From Trichodelitschia bisporula (lineage: Eukaryota): 20,000 bases of DNA. Under the pieces are notes generated by a model. It searched no databases. It saw only the letters and a list, made by a program, of their open reading frames with translations, and had not been told where the DNA came from. Below are positions 11,566 to 20,000 of this stretch, piece after piece. The stretch lies in assembly GCA_010356995.1 (NCBI GenBank), contig ML996690.1, forward strand, positions 57,510 through 77,509, in the 5' to 3' direction. The number at the start of each line of letters is the position of its first letter. Position 1 is the first letter of the stretch. A program made the position numbers and the translations under genes.

Positions 11566-12814
11566 GGTGAGTGGTAGGAAGGGATGACGATGGAAGCGAT
11601 GAAGTGGTATCGACCGAACAGGAAATGATATTAACACCCAACAGCTATGCAGTCCTCGCAGCAAATGCAATGTTCTTCCAAACACAGATCAAAAACCCGA
11701 TATGAAGATATAGAAAGGGGATACAGTACCTCACAACGCTCCCCATCGATCTTATATCTCCCATCCCCTCCCCATCCACCCGCCGCCCAGCACCCATCAG
11801 CCCCGCCCAGCCCAGCGGCCCAGAAGGCCAAGTCCCCCCCGTTCCATCACCACCACTTTTCAGCCCGTCACTGCGCCCGGGCGCACGCGCTACCAGCGCC
11901 ACACGGAGCCGCGCCAAGGTGCAGCGCTAGCGTTGCCGAGCCGAAAGGGTCCTACCGAGATCGAGGGAGCCGCGCGGGGATGGGGGCGACGGCGTCAAAC
12001 GGCACCGGACGAAGGGTGGAGGAGATCAGTGGAGTTCTGCAAATAGCATGGCTGACGTCGGGGTGCTTGAATGCGTGCTTGTCTACGGGCCTGGATTTGG
12101 ATGCTGATGGGGCCGGAGGTGCGGATGCTTTCGCTGTGCTTGGCTTGAGGCTGTGGCGCGAGGCTGGGCGCGGGAGAGGCGTCATCGAAGGGGCTGGGGG
12201 GGGGGGGAGTGAGATCGGCAGATGCATTTCCACTACGCCGATGCCGATGATGCCGTGCTTTTTTCATAATCACTCCTTTAGCATCTTTCTCGCATGTCAG
12301 GAGACGGCTACGGGTATCGTGATGCTCATGAACGCGATTGTGGTCCAGAACTCGGGACTTGTAACCACGCGCGGTGGTTTCACCACGTTTCGACACGCAA
12401 CCACTCGTGGGGCGCGAACGCGATGCCGAGCGGAGGGCGTGCTTTGCTGGTGTTTTGCGTCGCTTCGCGGGGTTTGGCTGGGCGGCGCGTGGCACCGCAG
12501 CCGTTAAGGCCACTTCTGACGTGCGCGGGATTCGGTAGCCATTTGTGGACTTCATATGGGTTCATATTTCTCGGCGGGACTGAAGCTCTGCGAGAATACA
12601 TCGCGGGATTCTCGTTCGCATCTTCTGGCGCGCTGGAGCAGCTAGCAAGCGACGTCAGTATCGCCGCGCCGCCCCCCGCACATCCCAATCTACGCCCGCG
12701 CAACCCGGCGCTGCGCAAAGCTTGGGGTGCTTACCTCTGTATTAGTTCTACTGTAGTCGGTGCTCGGGGGGCCAATGCGTGCACCGAGGAGTGCTAAGAG
12801 CGCGGCACGGGCAG

Positions 12815-12874
12815 TGCTTGCTTGATTGCTTGCTTGCTTGCGTGCTTGCTTGCTTGCTTGCTTGCGTGCGTGCG

Positions 12875-12915
<41 letters not shown>

Positions 12916-12919
12916 GCTT
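12815..12919. repeat. (GCTT)n tetranucleotide microsatellite with GCGT/ACTT/GATT variants
   Basis: About 26 tetramer units, read directly. Confidence 0.95.
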
Positions 12920-13147
12920 ACCTTGGGCTACCGGACACCAGGTTTGGAGATACGAAGGACGTCGGAGTCGGGAGTCGAAGGATTACGTCTCGGCAAGTAG
13001 TGAGATGAAGGCGATGAGCTTGGTTGTCTTTAAGATGACTGATGACGGATAATTTTGGAGCGGAGGATGAGGGGCGCGTCACTGCGGGTCTTGGGACTCT
13101 GGGCATATGAGACCTGATGCCAGGGAGCGGGATCGGGGGACGGGAGT

Positions 13148-13182
13148 TGGTGGTGGTGGTGGTGGTGGTGGTGGTGATGATG
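13148..13182. repeat. (TGG)n trinucleotide microsatellite
   Basis: TGG run followed by TGA units, read directly. Confidence 0.9.
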
Positions 13183-13885
13183 TTTCCATGGTGCTTTTCT
13201 CGTCTGGACGAGGATGGCGGTCGCTGTCAGCGAGGAAGCCGACGTCGCACAGCATCTGCGTGTCGGCGTCTTGACGGTTCGCAGGAAAACCCTCAAGCTT
13301 CGGAAGAGCGATATGTACAGCTGCTGAATGCAAGCCGTTGCTCCATAGTCACGAACTAATCCCATTTCCGCAGCAAATTCACCCTCCTCTCATCTTCCCC
13401 CGTTCCACCTCCATCCTCACCATCGTCAACCAAGGCGTTTCGTCGTTTCTCGACTCCCTCACGTCTGCACATCTGCGACGATATCCCGCGTTTCACACAC
13501 TGCAGAGATCTAGACTCTTCGTCTCCAGAAGGCAAAGTCCAGAATTAGGTCTAGCTTCATACCCCTCGCAAGACTTCACTACGTGCACAAGCGCAGCCGC
13601 GCGGCTATCTTGTCCGATAATGGAACTGACAGATCAGTATCACACTCTTCTGGTACGACAATCAGCCTAAAACGCTCGCCGCCACAGCGAGCCTATACAT
13701 CTATCAGCTATACCCGCATCCAGTGCCTACATATCCTTTTAACCTCCCTTCACCACCTCCCCATCCACACAGCAAAGACTCCCGCCCAAACCCCACAAAA
13801 TGCACATCGTGAATCGTACCCCATATTCCATTCTCCACGTTCCCTCCATCTACCACCCCACGTCCTCACAATCCCCTCCAACGAC

Positions 13886-16197
13886 CTACAACTTAACCCC
13901 CCAAACCCCCCTCCCCCCCGCAACACCCACCCACTCCCCCCCCTGCGCCGTAAGCGCACTCTGCGGCGCCCAACTGAGGTTCGCAACCTCATACTCACAC
14001 CGCCAACTCGCGGCGGGGCCCTTCAAACTCACGCCCTGTCCCTGCGTGCTCGTCCCCGGCGCCCCAGCCGCACCCCCCTGCTGCTGGCCGCCCGAAGGCG
14101 TCGCCGCATTCCCACTAACCGGCGCGGGGATCGCCGCGTCGCCATTAAGCACGGCACCGTTATGCGAGTTCAACAAATCCCAGACTAAGACGAGAGAGTC
14201 ATCGGCGCCGGACGCGAGCATACCCCTTCGGTTAGGCGCCCATTCCACCGCCGTGATAGGCGCGGCGTGGCCGCGCAGCTCGAGGAGTGCCTGCCCCGGC
14301 TGGCGCACGTCCAGGATGCGGATTATATTGCTGTCGGCCGCGAAGGTGGCGAGGAGGTGGGAGTCGTGCGGCGAGGCGGCGAGGCGCAGGAGGGGTGGGG
14401 CGTAGGTCAGGGTTTGCTGGGCGCGGGTGGGGGACATGCGGTCTGGTGTGCCTGGGGGGTTAGATACGAAAGATTGGGGGGGGCGGGGGGGAGGGGGGGG
14501 CGTACCTTTGTCCTTGTCGCCTGGTTGCTTGTCCGAGGGCTCGTAGATGATGGTGCTGTGCTCCAGACTGCGCAGATCGAACATGCGGACGCTGCCGTCT
14601 GCGCCGCAGCTGACGAAGACGTCGACGCTGCCGGCGCAGAAGCGCACGTCGAAGACCTCCTTGTCGTGGGCGATGAGCTGCGTCTTTGCGGTCAGGGTAG
14701 GGATGTCCCAGATTGTGCATGTCGTGTCGATGCTGCTCGTGATGATCAGCTTCGGGGACAGCGTGTTCCAGTCCAATGACGTGAGCGGCGCCGTGTGCTC
14801 TGGCGTCTTGGAGTTGGATAGCAATGCCAGCGGCGTCAGCTTCTGCGGGGCCGGTTCGCGCGTGTTAACGCTCGACGAACGCGTGATTGTGCTGGATATA
14901 TTGGCCGATGGGGGCGTCGAAGGCAGCGACCACAGCCGCAGGTGGTCGCCTGACGTCGCTAGCAGGTCCGTCGACTGTTTCTGCGAGATAGGGGGCTCCC
15001 ACAGGATGCGAGTTACGGGATACGAGCAGGTAGCCTCAGCGATGCGCGTGTACTCGAGCCCGAACGGCGGAGCGCCTGGCATCGTCACTTCCTGCGGCGT
15101 AATGGTCGTGTCCAAGATTTGGATCTGAACAGCATTAAACAAGGCGACATAAAAGGGGGCGAAAGCCCAGCAACGGGTAAACCCAAACGTACGAAATTAT
15201 GCGGGTCCTCGAGATAGCTCCCCACAGCAATCTTGCCAGCGCTATTACCCTGCGGCACCGGGTACTTGCACCAGTCAAAGGCAAACACCGCCCACGGCGC
15301 GAGGTAGTTGCTGTTCGTCGGCTGCTTATTGTCGACCTGGTCACCAAACATAGCCGTACCCGTCATAACCTCATCGCCCATATTCGAGTTAGCGCGCGGA
15401 CGGATCTGATCCAGCGCCAGCGGCGAATGCGACACGGCGCTGTTGGGCGTCTGCGACGAGAAGAGCTTCTGGCTCGGCGTCTGCGAGGAGTACTTTTGCG
15501 GGTCTGGGTTCGCGCCGAACGGCACGTACTTTTGCTCCAGGCCCGCGGGACTCGACCGCGAGTGCGAGTGCGAAGTGTTCATGGTGTTGGAGCGCGTCGG
15601 CAGCGTATATTGCTGCGCGTTGGTGTTGATGTGCGGGACTGTGGGGACCGTCGACGGCGCCGTGTACACTGATTGTGGGGGCGGACGGCCTGACGCGGGC
15701 TGCAGACTGCCTGGCACGCCGGAGGACATGGAGGAGTACATGTTCATTTGCTGAGCAGATTGGGAGTAGTCGGTAGGTGTGGAAGAGTATAGCTGTTGCT
15801 GCTGCTGCTGGGTCTGGCTCGGCAAGTGGGCCGGCTGCGAACTGGGCATCTGAATGTCCTCTGGAAGTCTCGCCATTTGTGCGCGACGAGCGTCGAACTG
15901 CTGATACTGGCTAGAAGCGGACGAGGGGGTTGTGGGCATCGCCAGTGAGGACTGCGAGTGCTGCGAGTGCTGCGAGTGCTGCGGGGCACTCTGCTGGCCC
16001 GAGAGAAGCACGTCGGTGCCGGCTGTCGTGGTGCCTGCGGTCGCAGTGCGCAGATTGCCCGTTGGCGCACCGATAGAGCCCAGAGCCTGGGCGGCCTGAA
16101 AGAGGCCCGCTACAGCGCCGGGCTGAGTGGGTGGGTTGGTGTTGTTGGTGCTTGGGTTTGAAGAGCTTTGGTGGTGAGAATGAGAATGGAAGGGCAT
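13886..16197 (-). CDS. DCAF7/WDR68/AN11-family WD40 protein (yeast YPL247C-like) with a long Q/S-rich N-terminus; exons 16197-15193, 15124-14506, 14451-13886
   Basis: LLATSGDHLRLW, APLTSLDWN, SSIDTTCTIWD, KTQLIAHDKEVFDV, GADGSVRMFDLRSLEHSTIIYE and PLLRL. Intron 15192-15125 (GTACGT..CAG); probable in-frame intron 14505-14452 (GTACGC..CTAAC..CAG). The start codon is uncertain. Confidence 0.92.
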
Positions 16198-16495
16198 CGT
16201 GCGCTGCCGCTTGACCTGGGATTAGGAGCAAGCAGGCAGATTAGGGCTGGGGCCGATACGCGGGTGAGGAGTGCGGTTGATAAATGGTGGGGGAGGGGGG
16301 GGTGAAGGATGGCGGGGGACAGAAGGGGTTGGTGGAGAGGATGAAGATGGGGGGGGGCCAAGGCCAGGGCGCTTCGGACGAGCTGTGCCACTTCTCCTGT
16401 CCTCCTCACTTGCTCCACTTCGTCAAGCCGAGAGAAGAAGAGAACAGTTCAACAATTAGAGAAGCGATCTGCCATATGTATATTATGGTCTGAGA

Positions 16496-16768
16496 ATGCC
16501 TCGAGATGCACCTGTGGAGGAGCTTGCTCTCCTTCCGCTCACCGGACGTCCGACCGATGGAGACGACGAGCTCGGCAGCAGCTACGATCACCAACCAACT
16601 CTCGTCCAGCCAGCTTCTTTTGCACACATCAATCTCGTGGTACTTCTTGTACTTCTGCTCATCTTCAGTGGCATCACAATGGCCGTGGCGATGACCAAAA
16701 GGGCAGAAAAGAATTGGCGGGATCTTAAAGTAACGGCCCATGCCTTGCTTGAGATTCAACAGTCATAG
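16496..16768 (+). CDS. Possible small single-pass membrane protein (90 aa)
   Basis: ATG-initiated ORF with an acidic N-terminus, a hydrophobic segment INLVVLLVLLLIFSGITMAVAM and basic residues after it. No recognised homology. Confidence 0.3.
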   Translation: MPRDAPVEELALLPLTGRPTDGDDELGSSYDHQPTLVQPASFAHINLVVLLVLLLIFSGITMAVAMTKRAEKNWRDLKVTAHALLEIQQS

Positions 16769-17127
16769 ATCATCGGCATCATCGCCAGCCACCAGCCGAA
16801 TTTATGGTTCTTCCCTTCACTTACGCTCCAGTGAGAGGACACGACTTCACTGCCTTCAATTGCATGTTGAACGCGATCATTCAGCTGTTCGGCTCAGGAT
16901 TGCAGGCTCGGATGCCACATCTCGGAACCACAGCGTGTCCGATCAGCAGTCATACTGAATGAATCTCGCAGTTCAAGTACCTCGAATCCGTCACTCTCAC
17001 GGAAGCTGCTTCCTCAGTCACAGCACGCACTGCCGGACAGCAAAAAGAAGGACCCTTCCAGTCACCAACTGGCCTCTATCAAACACTCGCCCCAGCAGCA
17101 CCCTAGGAGCCAAAAAGAGCCAAAAAA

Positions 17128-17234
17128 ACATACAGCAGATGGGATTCGCTGCTGGTCACCCACGCAACTACTAGTCAACCGGTTCAAAGCTTAACTTCAG
17201 TGAGCAGACGGGGACTGGTGTTCTCTTTGACCTG
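17128..17234 (-). rRNA. 5S rRNA gene, 5' end cut off by the assembly gap
   Basis: Reverse complement has GTTAAGC, TAGTAGTTGCGTGGGTGACCAGCAGCGAATCC and the 3' end GCTGTATGT, followed by an oligo-T Pol III terminator. Confidence 0.9.
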
Positions 17235-17739
17235 NNNNNNNNNNNNNNNNNNNNNNNNNNNNNNNNNNNNNNNNNNNNNNNNNNNNNNNNNNNNNNNNNN
17301 NNNNNNNNNNNNNNNNNNNNNNNNNNNNNNNNNNNNNNNNNNNNNNNNNNNNNNNNNNNNNNNNNNNNNNNNNNNNNNNNNNNNNNNNNNNNNNNNNNNN
17401 NNNNNNNNNNNNNNNNNNNNNNNNNNNNNNNNNNNNNNNNNNNNNNNNNNNNNNNNNNNNNNNNNNNNNNNNNNNNNNNNNNNNNNNNNNNNNNNNNNNN
17501 NNNNNNNNNNNNNNNNNNNNNNNNNNNNNNNNNNNNNNNNNNNNNNNNNNNNNNNNNNNNNNNNNNNNNNNNNNNNNNNNNNNNNNNNNNNNNNNNNNNN
17601 NNNNNNNNNNNNNNNNNNNNNNNNNNNNNNNNNNNNNNNNNNNNNNNNNNNNNNNNNNNNNNNNNNNNNNNNNNNNNNNNNNNNNNNNNNNNNNNNNNNN
17701 NNNNNNNNNNNNNNNNNNNNNNNNNNNNNNNNNNNNNNN
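17235..17739. other. Assembly gap (505 N)
   Basis: Run of N. Confidence 1.
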
Positions 17740-17832
17740 TGGTCACCCACGCAACTACTAGTCAACCGGTTCAAAGCTTAACTTCAGTGAGCAGACGGGG
17801 ACTGGTGTTCTCTTTGACCTGTGGCCGTATGT
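17740..17832 (-). rRNA. 5S rRNA gene, 3' end cut off by the assembly gap
   Basis: Starts ACATACGGCCACAGGTCAAAGAGAAC at 17832. Positions 17740-17821 are identical to 17153-17234. Confidence 0.9.
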
Positions 17833-18009
17833 GCTGGATTATGGAGGCAACTAACTGATAGCCAGTGGAAAGTTAACAGCCTCATCAAAAGAGCATGAGC
17901 ACACCTCCAAGGAGGTCCCAGGTTAGATTCAGGTTGCGTTCAGCAACGGACTAACCCTCACCCGACCGGCTAGCCAAACAGAAGACCCGCCGAGTGCAGA
18001 AAGACAAAA

Positions 18010-18127
18010 ACATACAGCAGTTGGGATTCGCTGCTGGTCACCCACGCAACTACTAGTCAACCGGTTCAAAGTTTAACTTCAGTGAGCAGACGGGGACTGG
18101 TGTTCTCTTCGACCTATGGCCGTATGT
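18010..18127 (-). rRNA. Full-length 5S rRNA gene (118 nt)
   Basis: ACATACGGC...GCTGTATGT helix I, helices II-V can form, T-run terminator, AT-rich element (TATTATTTAATTAA) about 15-28 nt upstream. Confidence 0.92.
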
Positions 18128-18464
18128 GATGGACTGTATCGTTAATTAAATAATACCTGGCAAAAAAGACGGAAGCATTGTCAAAAGAAGTGTTAGCTCT
18201 CCGAGCGAGAGCGTTCTTGGGTTGGAATAGGGGACGTGCGTTAAGCTGCGGAGCATCTCCCCTCGATCAGCCGGCTGAGCAGAAAGCTTCACGGACCACC
18301 TGAAAAATTATCATGGCTACCTCGCCTGGCAGATTTTGCGGACGGGACAGCTATGACTTTTTCGGCTGGTCCTTCGGCCAGAGTGTCGGTTTACATTAAG
18401 TTTCGGAGCTCCTCCCGCTGAACGGGCCGATCAGCAAGCTTCCGTGGTGCAAAAAGGTCAAAAA

Positions 18465-18580
18465 ACATACAGCAACTGGGATTCGCTGCTGGTCACCCAC
18501 GCAACTACTAGTCAACCGGTTCAAAGCTTGACTTCGGTGAGCAGACGGGGACTGGTGTTCTCTTTGGCCTGTGTCTATGT
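18465..18580 (-). pseudogene. 5S rRNA copy with a damaged 5' end (116 nt), likely pseudogene
   Basis: 5' end is ACATAGACACAGGCC against ACATACGGCCACAGGTC: a 2-nt deletion that disrupts helix I. Further substitutions lie near box A. The T-run terminator is retained. Confidence 0.7.
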
Positions 18581-19222
18581 CGAGTCCCCATTAGGACACC
18601 GCCCTCGGTAACATTTTAATACGGGTTTACCTCATCATATTTATCCTCGTAAAAATACTGTGCTATGCTTGGCCGGCTAGATTTGAATTCGAAAACGTCT
18701 TATCTCTGACCTGTGTCCGTATCCTTAGTTCAATGGGAAAAGTGCTCAATCCGGAGTAGCCTATGCATTGTCATCCTTGCAAGCCAATACTTTCCTCCGT
18801 CTTGCCGCTAAATCCAGCGCCAGATTTCCTTTAATTGGAAATTACTGACGCGCTAAGTGATTTTAGATGGGCAGTAACATGTGCTCGTCCTGCCCTCCGC
18901 ATTGAACCACAACGCCTCCCTTAAATCACCCCGTCTTCGGCCTGTCGCCGCCTCCTTTCTCCAGAACCGGCCCGGTTGGACCTGCAAGCGAAGTATCTTG
19001 AGTATCGGAAGGGACATATCTCAATTAAGCGGGGGCGCCTGTTAGGACCCCTATTCCGTCTTCACAGTGTCAGCTCTGCCTCAACGTGACTCAGGCAGCA
19101 CTACCCCGCACTCCGATTCTCCGAGTGGGGTGGCTAGGGGGCTAAGTGTGGGGTTGTACCGTGGTGAGGGAAGGGAAGACGAGCTGAGGCAGTGGCGCAG
19201 GTGGCGAGTGGGTTGCTGGCAC

Positions 19223-19290
19223 GGGTGGAGTTGGTGGCGCGGGTGGAGTTGGTGGCGCGGATGGAGATGGCGGCGCGGGCGGAGGTGGTG
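19223..19290. repeat. 18-bp minisatellite (GGGTGGAGTTGGTGGCGC), about 3.8 copies
   Basis: Units start at 19223, 19241, 19259 and 19277. The minus strand reads APPTPP repeats. Confidence 0.85.
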
Positions 19291-19778
19291 CTCAAGAATC
19301 GGGCTCTCTGTGTAGGGTCTCAGATGACAAAGATAGGATTATCTACCTAGCATCCTAACGCAGTTTCACGCCTTTATCAATAGAGGCTAATGAGAGGACA
19401 TGGTGTACGTGACCGTCTCCCTTTTCCGGCTTTGATCAGGTTGAGCTAGAGCCTGGTCCCGTCTTCATCAACGCTCTGCTTGAGGCAAGAACTTGGAGTG
19501 GAAAACATTGAACACAGCCATTACATTCCATCATGCCTTCTCTGTGCACTGAAGGAATGGTTAATTCCAGATGTTTCCAGATCCCCATTGCATTGAAGCC
19601 ATTACTTCACTGATCTGGCAACACTTTTGTACGCCACTGTTACCATTTGCTAATGGAGTGCTTGATTTCAAAGCCGTACCATTCCTATTTGTAATCCTTT
19701 GCCACTTTCACTCTCAAAAAGGTATAAAAGGGCTAACACCGCAACGGAGCTGGGTGGGGAGGAGGTTAAGAGAAATAT

Positions 19779-20000
19779 TTAGCAAATGAATTCCATGAAC
19801 AGCAGTTGACCAGACAGACATCCCCAGCCAACCTTACCCTCGTGGATAGCGACAGCGCCAGCGCGCGAACTGCGATACTCGACTGGAAGCCAAAGAAGCT
19901 TTTCCGTGCCCCTAGTTACCCATTGCTCCTGGACAATTATGGACCATAGAAGATTCGATGCCGACGCCAGCTGCTTGCCGTCCGGCGAGAAGGCCACGGC
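19779..20000 (-). CDS. C-terminal end of a probable NACHT-WD40 (HET-E-like fungal NLR) protein; partial, runs off the window
   Basis: AVAFSPDGKQLASAS is a HET-E-type WD repeat. It is followed by the typical tail QWV...KLLWLPVEYR...GCLSGQLLFMEF. Confidence 0.8.
   Translation of the reverse strand, partial: AVAFSPDGKQLASASNLLWSIIVQEQWVTRGTEKLLWLPVEYRSSRAGAVAIHEGKVGWGCLSGQLLFMEFIC

Noticed and set aside
11647..12555. Long overlapping ORFs upstream of the carbonic anhydrase
   Set aside because: GC-rich low-complexity translations with no recognisable domain; probably promoter or intergenic sequence.
12779..13052. Hydrophobic LLAC-repeat ORFs in three frames
   Set aside because: Translation of the (GCTT)n microsatellite.
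13030..13365. Poly-His, poly-Pro and poly-Val ORFs
   Set aside because: They come from the (TGG)n repeat, with no other coding evidence.
272..16197. All genes co-oriented, suggesting an operon or gene cluster
   Set aside because: The functions are unrelated, intergenic distances are normal for a fungus and there is no backbone biosynthetic enzyme.
101..16231. Numerous antisense and alternate-frame ORFs overlapping real genes
   Set aside because: Shadow ORFs caused by high GC and codon bias.
17171..17781. Three long ORFs made mostly of X
   Set aside because: Artefacts of translating the N gap.
17128..18580. CRISPR-like pattern of conserved repeats with unique spacers
   Set aside because: The repeats are 118-nt 5S rRNA genes with Pol III terminators, the spacers are long and unequal, the context is eukaryotic and there are no cas genes.

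Overview
Eukaryotic DNA from a filamentous ascomycete (short GT-AG introns with CTRAY branch sites), almost entirely coded on the minus strand. Conserved genes: a UPF0643-like protein (272-1112), an alpha/beta hydrolase (6401-7767), an Atg28-like coiled-coil protein (8308-9720), a secreted alpha-carbonic anhydrase (10458-11565), a DCAF7/WDR68-like WD40 protein (13886-16197) and the C-terminus of a probable NACHT-WD40 (HET-E-like) protein at the right edge. Between the first two lies a patch of lineage-specific genes: two Cys-rich 'MCxAVxLHCTxC' paralogues and a UVI-1-like helical protein with no signal peptide. The most striking structure is at 2715-3330. There a ~109-bp exon+intron cassette is tandemly amplified, giving five homologous introns plus a sixth copy that lacks splice signals and reads in frame. 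At 17.1-18.7 kb is a co-oriented cluster of divergent but structurally compensated 5S rRNA genes with unrelated spacers, interrupted by an assembly gap. All family names come from recalled motifs, not from database searches.
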